The notes beneath the pieces were generated by a model, which had not been told where the DNA came from, did no database searches, and saw only the letters and a program-made list of their open reading frames with translations. From the human T2T-CHM13v2.0 reference genome, Homo sapiens: 64,000 bases of DNA. Made by a program: the position numbers and the translations under genes. The stretch lies in the NCBI RefSeq assembly GCF_009914755.1, contig NC_060938.1; one strand, written 5' to 3'. Shown piece after piece: positions 25,836 through 40,461 of the stretch. Position 1 is the first letter of the stretch, and each line of letters opens with the position of its first letter.

Positions 25836-27699
25836 AGTATTTGGCAGTCACAAAGTAGATTCTATAATTGGTGGGCTTAGTAAGAACCTATTTGCTTTAT
25901 TTTTTTCTCGGGTAGAATTCATTATTTAATTTAAAAAAATCCTATAGCAAATTTGATTCATATTCCTGATGTGGTATTATTATTATTATTATTTGCCTTT
26001 ATATTCTTTCTCATAGATGTATGGCCATAAAAAAGACAAACACATTTATTTTATTTGCCTTGACCTCCTGAGCAACAGATGTTGAATTAATAAAAAAAGA
26101 TTCAGAAAATTTAAAAATAACATTTTAGTGGTGCTTTTAATTTCTACCAAAATAGTGATTTTAACCATTCTATAATAACATTTTACTAAAAATCAATATA
26201 AAATTTGAAATTCATGAACATATTAAGAGTAATTCCAGTTATACAGATCAATGGCTATGTTAAGCATTGAGGGACTGACCAAGATAAATGTAAAGTGTAT
26301 GATTCTAGCCCAAGCCCACATACACAACAATGTTTCACAGTATAGTAGCCTGGTGTAGTTAAAAGTCTGAAATGCGGAATGTGCAAGTCTACACTAAGTA
26401 GAATAGTAACTGGGCTTTTCCAATATCCTAAGCCAGTTCTCAGTGGAGATATTTACAGGGACTGCAGTTGAATTAGGTCAGTTAGACAGAGGATAGAAGG
26501 AAGAGGACAAATGCACATTGACACAGTCCCCCAGATATTCTAATAGGCAATCCTAAAGCCTCAATCTCATTTATCACCAGCTTAGGTGAGAACTATTAGG
26601 TTTCAAAGGGGTCTAATAAATAACAAACCTCTTCCCCACCTCACCGTGATTATTAATAAAGTGGAAATTGTAAAGTATGACTGAAATCTGTGAGCAAATG
26701 GGATGCCTGATACTGACCCCAGAACTGAGTGGACTGACCATGTCCATTCAGCACTGACACACTGGAACAATCTGAGCCTGAGCCCTTCAATGGGGTCTTT
26801 GGCACTAGCATGGGTGGGGCTGGAAATACTAAAGGGGGAGGCCTTGTTCCTCCTTCCAATCTCTCCAAGAACAAAAGTTACTCCACGTCTCCTGGGAGGA
26901 ATGAGTAGGAGCGAGAGAAAGTGAGGAAGAGAGATCAGGACCACAAAATCTCAGCATAAGACCAATAAGCACTGTGAGTTTCAGTGCTATAACTAAAATA
27001 CATTTGACTCTGAATTTTGAAGCAGACAGTAAAATATGAAGGGCCATTACTGTCAAATTTGACAGGAGAACCAAAGTAAGTGTCTGCACATTGTCTGCTC
27101 CTCCTCTGATACGCTGCTAAAATTTCCAGACTACTTTGTTCCTGGCAGTAAACTCTAAATTAGCCAATTAGAAGAGATACGTTAACAGTGTCTGCTTATG
27201 CATTTATGCTACTTATATAATTTGTAAGATAATTGTTATTTTATTATTGTTCTAGGTATTGGGTTAAAATGCCAAAAAAAGAAGAAGACCTAAATTTTAT
27301 AATGATGTTAACTTCTCCTTCCTCATTACTTACCTGCCAGTACAGTTTTGGAGCACGTACTTCTTTATCTCAGACACCTTTTGCTTGAGGCCTGTCTTGA
27401 GTTTCCAAACGCTCTTCTATATGCTTCTCCTGTGAATTACTGGGTCTGCTTTAAGCACAAAGTAATGGGCCAAATGGTTCCTTAGGCTACTTTTAGAAGT
27501 TGTCACACACAAAAGGGACAACTGAAATCTCACTAATTTCTAAAGTTTGCACCTAAGAAAGCATAACATAAAAATAGAACAATTTTTTAGATAATGGACT
27601 ATAAATGCATTTTCCATATTTGTATGAGCTCATATATAAAATGTTCACAAGATACATTTGTCCAAAAACATTAGAAATATGACATGAATCAGTTAAAAC

Positions 27700-27906
27700 T
27701 GAGCTATATACTAGGTAGTCACTAATCATATGTGACTATTTAAATTAAAATTAATTAAAATTAAACAAAAGTAAAAATTTACTTCCTCATTCTTACTAGC
27801 CTCATATCAAGTGCTCAAAAACCAAATGTGGTTAGCAACTGTCCTATTGGACAGCACAAATATAAAACATCTCCATCACTCACGTATGTTCTACCGGACA
27901 GCAATG
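27700..27906. mobile_element. MER3 (hAT-Charlie) DNA transposon
   Basis: catatgtgactatttaaattaaaattaattaaaatt...caagtgctcaa...tattggacagcac. Confidence 0.85.
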
Positions 27907-28066
27907 ATTTTAGAGCACCACTGTTGGTATGATCTTGTTACTAAATAAAGAACTTTAAGGGATTCAACTCATATGCCTACAAAAGATCTAACAGTCTCAT
28001 ATATAGTGAAGAGTAGAATATTCTGGTAAACTGGGTGAATAATAAAGCATTTCTAAGATCACTTAA

Positions 28067-28372
<306 letters not shown>

Positions 28373-29984
28373 TATTAGTCCTTTTTAAATGAAAAACTGG
28401 TGAGCTTGCATGCTGCTGTCAAGTCAGTACAGTTTTAAAAAACAATTTCTGCACTAAACCTACCAGCTTGCTACAGTTCTTAGGTCTCATATAGTTTCTT
28501 TATTAACTGTCTCCTAACACAATTTCTTTATGGATGTCTTACAAAACCATAACTGAGTTGCTTGGTAAACTAATTTATATTTATTGCTTTTTCCTTAGGT
28601 TACATGCATATTATTTATATATTTGCCTATAGCATATTATGTGCAAACTAAATAGTATACGTAGACCAAGATGGAGACAGAGGCAGCTTGAAGAACAATG
28701 TAATTGGGGAATGGTGGGTAAATTCATGTTCACTGTACATAAATGAGTGGATTAATAAAAGATTTATATTAAAAAATGCCAGTACTTAGAAAAAACCCAA
28801 ACAGCTTCTTAATAAATAACTTTTTAATTAAAAAGTTTTCAATATAAGCTGAATCTGAGAGTCTGAATTCAGCTAAGAATTCACTGGTTTTGCATCTCTT
28901 AGCTACATCCTATCAGTGTTCAATAGGGGTGAAAATGGCAAAACTCAGAGCAATTTTGAGAAACATAATTATCATCATTATGGCCAAAAGGGAGACAAGG
29001 ATAAACATATGCATAAATACAAATAACTGTACTAGCTTGAGATGCTGCTTCTAATCAAGCAAAATGCTCCACTCATAAATTGTATCACAGTCAGTCTTAA
29101 ATATCATTCCGATGCCTATAAAGTAGTGAGGACCTATCTTGGTGCACTTTTTGCAGATGCAAAATTCAGAATGAAAGATAAGTGAATTCTATGAAAGTTG
29201 GTAGGCATTGTACCTCCATTTCTGTTTATCTGTTCCTTTTGCCAAGTGTCCATCTGCATGCTCCTCATTATCAAAAGCCTACCTGTCCATCAAGTCTGTG
29301 TGGATGTCTATCTGGATGTTTCAATCATCCCCTACTCCCTGAATGTGACCCGTCCTTTCTCAAGACTCTCTAAAACTCTCTACTTCAATTTTTCTTACTG
29401 CAATACATGTTAAGTTCTCTAAATGTGTTACAAGAAGGCACTGTATGTCGCTCATTTTTGCAATTTTTCTGAATGCCGCATCTAATATTTTATTTTATCT
29501 ACCTTGCATTTCTTCTTTGCATTTACTTTTCTACAATGTCTATTCTAGTACTTTTAACTGGCCACAAAATTACAAATGTCCGTAAGCTTGGAACATGAAC
29601 GAAATTAGATTGAGTTTAAAAGCAAAAACAAAAAAACTAAGCCATGATGACGCAAAATAACACAGCTTTGGATCCATGCAGACTTGAGCTGAAATTCCAG
29701 TACCACAACTTAGTAGACTTTAGAGTTTTCCAAATTTTCTCTGCAAAGCAATCACAGAAAAGGGCCACACATACAAGGCACACTGGAGGGAATAAAAAAG
29801 CCTTTCATGGTGGTCAGATGTGACCCATCCAGGGACTCTAGCTTCCGCAGGCCTCTTTTTTTTTTGTTATAGGTTGAAAGGATGGAAGAATCAAGGTTTT
29901 GATACACAGCCCTGAAGTACAAATCTCTAGGTTATAATGATTTTGATACATTGATATAATAGCATCTCTGAGCCTCAGTTTAAT

Positions 29985-29986
<2 letters not shown>

Positions 29987-30022
<36 letters not shown>
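29987..30022. repeat. (CA)n microsatellite
   Basis: Direct observation. Confidence 0.95.
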
Positions 30023-30023
<1 letters not shown>

Positions 30024-31852
30024 TATCTACAAAACTGCTAATATGATTGGAAACAATGTCTATACCGCACCTAGCATTGTGTTAGATACTACTAACTAGA
30101 CAATCATAAATAGTAACTAATAATTTTACTGCCCAATAATAATATTCCAAATATAAACCACATGAATAAAAATTGTACTCTTTATGGTACAGTGGTTAGC
30201 TGCGTCATCATCACAATGAGGTGGGCTGCTAACAAAGAAATGGATAGCTTATTTTTTTGAATGAATTAGCAAACAGCTTTAAGTACATTAAAACTAATAC
30301 TAATAATTTCACAGGTAAGTCAAAGTCTTCATACATCAAGTGAAGGGTGGAAGTAGCCATGACTCAGAACTGTGTATTCAGTCAGAAAGCATCTGAGGAG
30401 GCAGATAAAGGGCACAGTGACACATCTCTCCAGCTTTCGGATGGCAAACATGGAATCTCAGAATGACCAAGCCTTAAGGGCTTTCAAGGGAGCACGTAGC
30501 ACAACTCACAGATGAGTAGGTAATTCCCTGTACTCACAGGTCAAGCATAAGGAGCTATATTGCTCTTTTTGATTCTGGTACTGACGTTTTAAAAGGCTGT
30601 GAATTTTATGTTTTGTTTCCTTTGACAAACTCAGTCATCCAGTTGGACACTTTTCACCACAGACAATATCTGAATAGGTTTTTAACACTGATTCTAAATG
30701 CGATTGAAATTTAACTTATTACTTAGATATCCAGGGCTGCTCTACTCTTGGCAGTGGAGCCTGACTGACTCACAGATTGATCTGTTGTTGTCCTCATCCC
30801 AGCACACAGCCATCCACTTGATTCCGATGGCTCAAACTTTCCTTCACATCTTGGCCACCAAAGAGGCTCCAATGAAAGGTTCACAGGAAGCTCTTGGCTA
30901 GGAGCACACATAATCCCTGGCTTAATGCCGGCATACATTAAATCTGAAGTTAAATATTGAAGGATGGATATGAGGACCTAACCATGCATGTAATATGAAA
31001 ACCAAGGCATCGAATTGATGCTACATTTTAGAAATAAAGGAATGCTCAATGGCAACAGAATATTTTATCAAACTATGAATCACTGTTTCTGATTCAAGAA
31101 TACATTAATAACTGAGTTTTTGAATGACAGCAATAACTAGCAGTCATGACACTGTGTGGCCTGTGCCAGGACACATGGAACAAAATGATATATAGTGGAC
31201 ACCACTGTGATATTGTTAACATATATAAAGATACTCTTAGAAAATTGTTGTTTAGACGAAATCTTTGGCAAATGCAAGTTAAAACTTTCTTCAATTTGAA
31301 TTCCAAATTTTTAAATCATAAAGATTTGATTACACGTGAATACTTTCCATCTAATAATAGATGTATATTGTAGATGCGTACAAATATACTTCTTCAAATA
31401 CTGATGAGAGGGCAGGATAACCTAATTGTTTCCCTAATTGGGCCATAAACTTTGCCCCCAAATTTTGTCTATTCCAATTTCCAAATTATAAAATTAGCTT
31501 ATACACTGCCCTTCAGAGTATCAACAATTTTTAATTAAGATTAAGAATCTGGTTGCCATTGTATGGCTCAAATACAGTATAAAGCTTTGAGGGAAGAAGG
31601 GAGAAATTGAAAGAATGGGCTTTCAGTCTTTTGGAATAGCAAACCTGAACTTTCCCCAGCAGTAAATGATTGGGTATCTGTGTTCACCGTGACTGGGTCA
31701 GGCTGGCTGAGGCACAACGGCACAACATCACTTTAATTAAGACAAGGTAAAGCATGAGTTGGCAAAATTGCCCACTATTTGTCACCTGAAGTCCAATTAC
31801 GACTGTAATCACTGAGCATCTCCAATGCTGAAAATTAGATCCAGCCATTTAC

Positions 31853-31960
31853 CTGTAATATACTTCAACATAACAAATATTTGGAGATTACTTAAACAGA
31901 GCAAATCCTTTGAAATTTTGGTCACCCTCCTTCCGCTGGCCAAATTAATGATCTTTATGC
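31853..31960 (-). pseudogene. Exon remnant (G)IKIINLASGRRVTKISKDLLCLSNLQIFVMLKYIT
   Basis: Donor CAG|GTAAAT, stop-free, inside ORF 31809-32024; 5' boundary uncertain. Confidence 0.4.
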
Positions 31961-32227
31961 CTGAATACATGCATTTGGCATTACTGAGCACTCTCATTAA
32001 CTCCCACCACTCATATTCTTGCATATTAGAACTTGATTTTCCTTTTATTTACAATTCCAAGTCCCTTCACAAATTCTTAAACCCTATATTAAATACAGTT
32101 AAGGTCTAGTCTTTAGGAATTACTATTCTCCCTTCTTCTTTCCATGCCACTTTTCTTAATACTCAAACATGCATGGGAGATTCTGCCCAACCTCCCTCAT
32201 CTTTTTTTACTGTTTCTTAAAAAAAAA

Positions 32228-32355
32228 TTTTTTTTTTAGAGACATGGACTTGCTCTATTGCCCAGGCTGGACTGGAGCTCCTGGGTTCAAATGATCCTCC
32301 CACGCCAGCCTCCTGAGTAGCTAGGACTACAAGAGCTCACCACTGTGATTGGCTT
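32228..32355 (-). mobile_element. Alu monomer (FLAM-like)
   Basis: Single antisense Alu arm with poly(T). Confidence 0.8.
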
Positions 32356-32439
32356 CCCACTCCTTAATAATACATTCTTGCCTCTTTTCATGTAATTCTC
32401 TTGATCATGCCCCCAGAGCAAACAGCATCTCTTCATAAG

Positions 32440-32790
32440 TATAACACATCAAAACATGGGCATTAGGAGTGGCCATGTGATTTCCTCTGGCCAGCAAAAT
32501 GTGAGCAGGGATGATGTTAACTGTTTCTGCCACTTCTTTCTTTTCCTTCTGACACAAGAATGTCAAGTCCTACTGTGGTCTGAATGTTGGTAACCCCTAA
32601 GAAGGACTAAGACATATCTTGAGTAGGGGCTGCTCATTCTGTTTAGTTCCCAAAGTGAAGAAGACACAGAGCAGAATCCCAGCTGAACCACAGCCAACAT
32701 ACGTTGTAAGCGAAAAATAAGCTTTTATTGTTCTAAACAACTGAAATTCTGGGATTATGTCACCAGAGCATGATGTAGAGAAAACTAATA
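32440..32790 (+). mobile_element. Old MLT1-type LTR
   Basis: ggccatgtgatttcctctggccagcaaaatgtgagcag ... aaaataagcttttattgttctaaacaactgaaattctggg. Confidence 0.6.
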
Positions 32791-33833
32791 CATTATTACA
32801 TAGGAATTAACATGTAATGTTGGTTAAACATAGTGATGATTAAATGAGATAATGGGCATGGTGATAAGCACTGTGCTTGTAACATAGTAAGTATTAAATT
32901 CATATGAGCTATTATAACATATTCCACATATATCTGTTTCATTTTCTAACATCCTTCAAAGAACAAAACTATGTGTTTTATAAATTCCTGATATGCCTAG
33001 AAGAGTGACAGTTACTTAATAAATACATATTGCATTAAGTCAAAGTTAAAGGTAACGAAAAGGTAACCTGAAGAGAGCCACAAAAGAGAGAAGAAGAAGA
33101 TTTGGAGGGGGATGGGAGAATGAATGACATCACTATTTTTTACTCAATAAATATTTATTGAACACTTAACTATGAGTCAGACACAGTGATAGGCATTAAG
33201 GAGACAACTGTGAAGGGGGCAATTCTGCCTTCATTGAGTTAGAGAAATCATGAAAAGGAAGCAGCAATTATAAGGATATGTGTCCTCCAGTGTGAGAAAA
33301 CACATTGACTTGGATCAAGGACATTTTCCTCAGGTTGTAACCTCAAGAATAAATGGGAGGTGTGTAGATGAAGTAGACAAAGTTGATATGGAAAGAATGT
33401 TTCAGGTAGAGCAGACAGCTGATGATGATTTCCCAGTGAAAACAAATAACACCATCTGTTGTCAATTAAAGGTGGTGGGGGACGAAAGCTGATCTTTAGG
33501 AAGTTGCATGAGGTCTGATGCAGCCACTACAGAAAATAAGTAGGGAAACTGACCCATGGATGCGGAAATCTTCTAGGTGTTGTTGCTAGCCTGTTGTAAA
33601 ATGTCATCAGAATGGCATGAATCTTCAGAGTTGGGCGATTTTCTATGGCAACACTAGGATTGGTCATAGTCATAGGGAAGTAGATAGGTGGCTTGTTCCA
33701 GAGTAGCTTCTGATGCCAGATGGTTGCACTGAAGCCAACCAGGAAATGAATTGTGGATGTTGACCAGGGTGTAGCTGTCATTGTGGACTATTCTATCTAA
33801 GTCAGGAAAATTAAAGGATGGTGGTGAGGGTGT

Positions 33834-34228
33834 GGTAGGGTTTGAATGCATCCCTAAAGTTCACGTATTGGAAAAAAATCCCCAACGCAATAGTGTTGAG
33901 AAGTGGGACTATTCAGAGGCAATTAGATCAAGAGGGCTCTGCCTTCATGAATGGATTAATGCCAATATCTCAGGCATGGGTTTGTTATTGAAGGAGTGGG
34001 TTCCTGATAAAACGATGAGTTCAGTCCCCTTCCACTCTCTCTCACACATGCTTTTTTGCCTGTCCACCCTTCCACCATGGGATGATGCAACAAGAAGGCC
34101 CTCACTAGATGCCAGCACCTTGATATTGGACTTCTCATCCTCCAAAACTGTGAGACATAAATTTCTTTTCTACATAGATTAACCAGTCTGTGATATTCCA
34201 TTGCAGCAACAAAAACTGAACTAAGACA
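33834..34228 (+). mobile_element. MSTD/MSTC-type MaLR solo LTR
   Basis: gagggctctgccttcatgaatggattaatgcc...gatgccagcaccttgatattggactt...actaagaca. Confidence 0.85.
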
Positions 34229-34892
34229 GGATGTTTCTACTGACAAGAAACTATAAAAGCTGAAGTTTCAAGGGACTGGTGGTCTCAATGAAACTAATGC
34301 ATAGATTTTTTTAAAAAATTAGGTCACATACAATATCTAATGCAGTACTGTCAGCCTATATCATCAGGATATATTAAATACTTCTCTCTGTGAACCAGCA
34401 GAGGCAGGCATGTCTTAAGTGATCTAAGGGGGTATTACTACTTTATTTGCATAGCACTTCCCTTTATTTCAAATGCTTTCCCATTCATCATAAACACCTC
34501 ATTTAATTGTCATTACAATTGTGTGAGTTACAGAAAACCAGTATTAATATCCTCATTTTATAACTGAAAAAAAAAATATTGAGGCTTGAGCAAATTTTAA
34601 CACTTGCCTAAAATCCCAATGTGAGTTTGTAATGGATTATAATTAAAACCCAAACTATTACCCCTTTGATGTGTGCCACTTAAACAATCTATGCAGAAAA
34701 GTCAGAAGCATTAGCTGGTTATCTATATGGCAAAACCCAAGTATATACTGAAATTATCCATCACTTCAAACAAATTCTTTTGTTTAATTCCCAAACCAAA
34801 GAACAATGGCCGACTTCTTCTGGTAATCTCAGTGAGAAAAATGTTCAGCTACATTGTATGCTCAGGAGGTTATTAATCTATGTTAGCCTTAC

Positions 34893-35358
<466 letters not shown>

Positions 35359-37238
35359 GATAACTCTTTTCTATTTACCCATGAGAAAACAACTATACAT
35401 TTTATCAAACTGTAAGGATATAAATAGAGCCAAAGGGTTGGTTCCAGAACCTGAATATAAATGAATATTCTTATATCTAATCAGTTTTTTTTAAGCTCCA
35501 GGCTGTAAGATAGATGGCAAATAATTTCCCTATATGCTTCTAATTTTAAATTAAAATTGAGGTCACTGAAATGGTAGAAGTCAAAACCAATTTAGTTCCT
35601 TTGATCTCAACCTAGGGAAACATAACATTTCTGCTTATCTTCTTCATAACAAGAAATGCTTCTCAGATAAAAACTGTAGTACATAGAAATAAAGAGACTG
35701 TATGTCAGGCACCCCATTAAACTCTGCAAATGCAGGATAAGTGAATTTTGAATATATGATTTTAATCTTTGCCCATATAGATATTTCTATTAGTATCATA
35801 ATTAAATGGAACCTTCATTTAGACTTGGTTCTACTATTCACTTGACATCTAAATTTTAAAAAAATCACTGAAACTCTCATTTTTAAAGTTTTATGTTGTA
35901 GAATGCTGCAATATATATGCCCTGACCAACTTACAGGCCCTAAAAATTAAACAGTTTGCCCTAGATTGTATAGGTAGTAAGTGACAAATCTATGGTTCCT
36001 TTTACACAACAGGTTACAGTATAGTTGTTTCTGTGACAAGTTTTTATTTATCTTGGAATGCTTTTCTTTAGCATACTGTAAGGGCCTCTATTAAAAGTTG
36101 GTCAAACTTCTTAGATCTGCAGTGAGAGAAATGATAAAGGACACAGATGATCCTAAACAATGTTTATGCAAAAACAAAAAAAAAAGTATGTCATTTAACT
36201 TCAGAATACAAGATTCTTTACTAAAATATTTATATAACAATGTTTTACTTAGTCTCCTATTAAAACTTATATTAAATTGTACCTGCTACTCACATACCAA
36301 TGCTGATGCTCACAATATCACCCTAACAGCAATGTTACACAAAATTCATATTTGTATTTTCAGTCTAAAATAGGGTAACTGTGGTTTCCAACTATCAAAA
36401 TTGCCCCATGACTTTGGATTATCAAATAAAACTGGCAAATAAAAATAGACATATAAAGATTCACATGAAACATTTTTAGATTCTGTTCCTCAATCTTTAT
36501 TTTCAGTGTCTCAAAATAAGCCGCCTTTATTTATTATCTGGATTACTGAAATGTCTGTCTAACCATTTCCCTACGTCAAGTCTTACCAATCACTCTTCAA
36601 ACTTTATTTCTCAGGACTAACAAAGTTATCTTTCTAATATGCTCATTAGGCTGATGGTCATTTTTCTGCTTTAAAGCCTTCATTAGTGCTTTAGTTTTCA
36701 GAAAAAAGGAAAAATTCTTAACCTTAATCTCAGGAGCCCAATGACTTAGCCTTTGCCCTCTCTTTTGCCCCATGTTCTTTTGCTATCTTTATACAGCTAA
36801 TTATTCTAAGTGGAACCTCAGGACACCAGACAGAGTTTCCAGTCTCTGTTAATTCCAAGTTACTGTTTTCCTAGACCTAGAATCCTTTGCTTCCCATCAA
36901 TGGTACAGTGAGACTCACTCATACTTAAGTCTCTGCTCAAGCATGGCATTGACCCTCTGTTTGATTAGATGCCCTCTTGGGTGGTCTTACTGCATCCTCT
37001 GAATATTTGCATTCTATCTATCAACAATCTAGGCTGAATCCATTTTCTACATGGCAGATAGGTTTTTGTTTTGATTTTTTGGTTTTTTTGTTTTGGTAAA
37101 CTAATCATATCATTAAAAACAGTCAATACTTGTCTCCTGAATTCTGGACAACAGCCGCCTTAGGCTCTACCTGAGATAGTCCGGCTTAAGTCTTCAGCCT
37201 TACCTGCCTGGCAACATTCTTCTTCCTGTCCGCTACAC

Positions 37239-38897
37239 TGAGAGGTGACAGCCAGCTGGCAGCCCTCACAGCCCTCCTTCGCTCTCGGCGCCTCCTCGGC
37301 TTTGGCACTCACTCTGGCCGCGCTTGAGGAGCCCTTCAGCCCGCCGCTGCACTGTGGGAGCCCCTTTCTGGGCTGGCCAAGGCTGGAGCCGGCTCCCTCA
37401 GCTTGCAGGGAGGTGCCGACGAAGAGGCGCAGGCGGGAACCGGGGGCTGCGCCCGGCGCTTGCGGGCCAGCGCGAGTTCCGGGTGGGCGTGGCCTTGGCG
37501 GGCCCCGCACTGGGAGCGGCCGGCCAGCCCCGTCGGCCCGGGCGGTGAGGGGCTTAGCACCTGGGCCAGCAGCTGCTGTGTTGGATTTCTCCCCGGCCCT
37601 TAGCTGCCTCCCAGCGAGGCAGGGCTCGGGACCTGCAGCCCGCCATGCCTGAGCATCCCCCACCCTCTGTGGGCTCCTGCGCCGCCAGAGCCTCCTGACG
37701 AGCGCCGCCCCCTGCTCCACAGCGCCCAGAACCGCCCAAGGGCTGCGGAGTGCAGGCGCACGGCGCTGGACTGGCAGGCAGCTCCACCTGCACCCCGGTG
37801 CGGGATCCACTGGGTGAATTCAGCTGGGCTCCTGAGTTTGGTGGGGACTTGGAGAATCTTTGTGTCTAGCTAAGGGATTGTAAACACACCAGTCGGCACC
37901 GTGTGTCTAGCTCAGGGTTTGTGAATGCACCAATCGGCACTCTGTATCTAGTTCATCTGGTGGGGACTTGGAGAACCTTTATGTCTAGCTAAGGGATTGT
38001 AAATACACCAATCAGCACTCTGTATCTAGCTCAAGGTTTGTAAACACACCAATCAGCACCCCGTGCCTAGCTCAGGGTTTGTGAATGCACCAATTGGCAC
38101 TCTGTGTCTAGTTAATCTGGTGGGGACTTGGAGAACCTTTATGTCTAGCTAAGGGATTGTGAATGCACCAATCGGCACTCTGCATCTAGCTCAAGGTTTG
38201 TGAATGCACCAACTGGCACTCTGTGTCTAGTTAATCTGGTGGGGACTTGGAGAACCTTTATGTCCAGCTAAGGGATTGTGAATGCACCAATCGGCACTCT
38301 GCATCTAGCTCAAGGTTTGTGAATGCACCAATCGCACTCTGTGTCTAGCTCAGGGTTTGTAAATACACCAGTCAACACTCTGTTTCTAGCTAATCTAGTG
38401 GGGGCCTGGAGAACTTTTGTGCCTAGCTCAGGGATTGCAAAGGCACCAATCAGCACCCTGTCAAAACGGACCAATCAGCTCTTTGTAAAACAGACCAATC
38501 GGCTCTCTGTAAAATGGACCAATCAGCAGGATGTGGGTGGGGCCGGATAAGAGAATAAAAGCAGTCTGCCCCAGCCAGCAGTGGCAACCCGCTGGGGTCC
38601 CCTTCCACATTGTGGAAGCTTTGTTCTTTTGTTCTTTGCAATAAATCTTGCTGCTGCTCACTCTTTGGGTCCACACTGCCTTTATGAGCTCTAACACTCA
38701 CTGTGAAGGTCTGCAGTTTCACGCCTGAGCCAGCAAGACCACGAACCCACCAGAAGGAAGAAACTCCGCACACATCCGAACATCAGAAGGAACGAACTCC
38801 GGACACGCCACCTTTAAGAACTGTAACACTCACCGTGAGGGTCCGCGGCTTCATTCGTGAAGTCAGTGAGACCAACAACCCACCAATTCCGGACACA
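37239..38897 (+). mobile_element. LTR12 (ERV9/HERV9; LTR12C-like) solo LTR
   Basis: Starts tgagaggtgaca and ends ccggacaca; CpG-rich 5' part; tandem caccaatc repeats; AATAAA at about 38554. Confidence 0.95.
37850..38570 (+). promoter_or_regulatory. LTR12 U3 tandem-repeat enhancer/promoter with many CCAAT (NF-Y) boxes
   Basis: Repeated roughly 41-nt units (tctagct.a.gg.ttgt.aat.caccaatc.gcac); proximal gaccaatc x3, GC-box-like gggtggggcc, GATA, aataaaag. Confidence 0.75.
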
Positions 38898-39574
38898 GTA
38901 CCACCTGCCATAGTTTTGGGGTTTTGGTGGGGTAGGTAGGTAGAAAAGGAGCGAACCTGAACTCTTTACCAGCTTTAGCATATTCTCTTCCCACTGTCTC
39001 AAGTTCTCTTCTTCCCCACTCTTGCCATCACTTATCTCCAGGTCTCATCTTACCTGACACTTTCTCAGTAATTCTCCTCATCCATTTTTATGCAAATTGC
39101 TCTTGCATGGCATATTTTGCTTTTCTTTCATAGCTCCTATCAAAATGTGTAATTATGGGCCTATTTGCATGACTATTTGTTTCATATCTGCCTCTACATC
39201 CTCCATAAGTTCCATGAGGTCTGAGAACACGTTGGTTTTGTTCACCACCCTAAACTCAAGGCCTGGCACAGTGACTGGCACCATTTGGTGCTTAGAAATA
39301 TTTGTTTAATGAATTTAAAGTCTGTTTCATTAAGCTTCATTATTCTTGACGAATTGTGATTTCTATGTAACTTTGTAACACTAAGAAATTGTATAATACA
39401 GAACTGCCCATAGAGGGTTCTCACTAAGTATTAGATTAACAAATGGGCAATTTTCAAAGACCAACCAAAACTCCTAAGACTAAAACTATGGTGAACAGTA
39501 CTAACCTCTTTTTGAGTATCAAGATATACTGAAGGACCTTGTATTTCTTTAGACTTACATCTCAAGGGGAAATA

Positions 39575-39985
39575 TGACGGATACTATGATGCACCAGCCA
39601 GACTCCCCTTCAAGAATGAAGATTTTTTTCCCCCCAGCTGGTGTGAGAGTTACAGCTCACTTTGTGCTACGCTTAAGCGTAGCTTTAGAAAGTCTCGAAG
39701 GAAACTGCTGCGTTTGAGGACTTTCCTCCTTGCAGGGACACTCATACTCCACATATATAAAGGTCAGCCCCATATCCCAACTTGAGACAAGGCTGAAGAG
39801 CCATCCCACCTCCAGAACTCTCCATGGAGTACACAGAGGCTGTCACAGGCACTGTAGCCTCACTCAACTCCTCCCTGTACCCACTCCTGCTTTTCTGTTC
39901 TTTCACTTCTCTTGATTCTAATAACCACACCTAACAAACATCCTGCATGCTAACCTCCATCTCAGGGCCCGCCTCACATCCAGGG
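39575..39985 (+). mobile_element. LTR16-type (ERVL) LTR
   Basis: 3' motif aaacatcctgcatgctaacctccatctcag. Confidence 0.6.
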
Positions 39986-40345
39986 TATCTCTTCCCATTG
40001 GTGACAAGAAAAAAAACATTAGGGTTGTATGTGAATAAAAACGGCTTATAAATAATCTGTGTCATATCTGTGTTGTGGGGATGTACATGCTATTATTAAA
40101 TAAGTTACTAGAAGGACAGCATATGATTCTTACAACAGCATTATATTAATAGCAATTCTGATTCATTTGAGCTGAGTGGAGGTTTACAGATATATTGGTA
40201 TTATTGTTCTGGTTTTTAAAAATTTATTAACTATTATGGTCTGCATTTGCCTGATAAACACAGGCTAAGTAATACATTATTGAAAACAGTTGTATGCCAA
40301 AAAAAGGAAATAGTGGAGGGCAGGCATGCCCTATTTGTGCCATAC

Positions 40346-40461
40346 CACAGCGGTTTCTGTTTACCTCTCTGAAAACGGGAGATCTTCCATATAAAGGCAT
40401 TGGTTCAGAGAGTAAGTACTGGAGAATGAAGTTGTAACTAGTTCAGGGTAAGAAGAGATGC
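40346..40461 (-). pseudogene. Exon remnant HLFLP*TSYNFILQYLLSEPMPLYGRSPVFREVNRNRC
   Basis: Acceptor tctccttttgtataag, donor GTG|GTATGG; phase 2->1 fits both neighbours. Confidence 0.45.

Noticed and set aside
33781-34246. 133-aa and 96-aa ORFs
   Set aside because: Lie within the MST LTR
37160-37810. 216-aa and overlapping ORFs
   Set aside because: By-products of the GC-rich LTR12 U3 region; low-complexity Ala/Gly/Pro/Arg content and no gene structure
37850-38470. CRISPR-like periodic array
   Set aside because: These are the known LTR12 tandem enhancer repeats; no unique spacers, no cas genes, and the context is eukaryotic
37235-38901. Target-site duplication for LTR12
   Set aside because: The flanks acac / gtac match at only 2 of 4 positions, so no TSD is claimed
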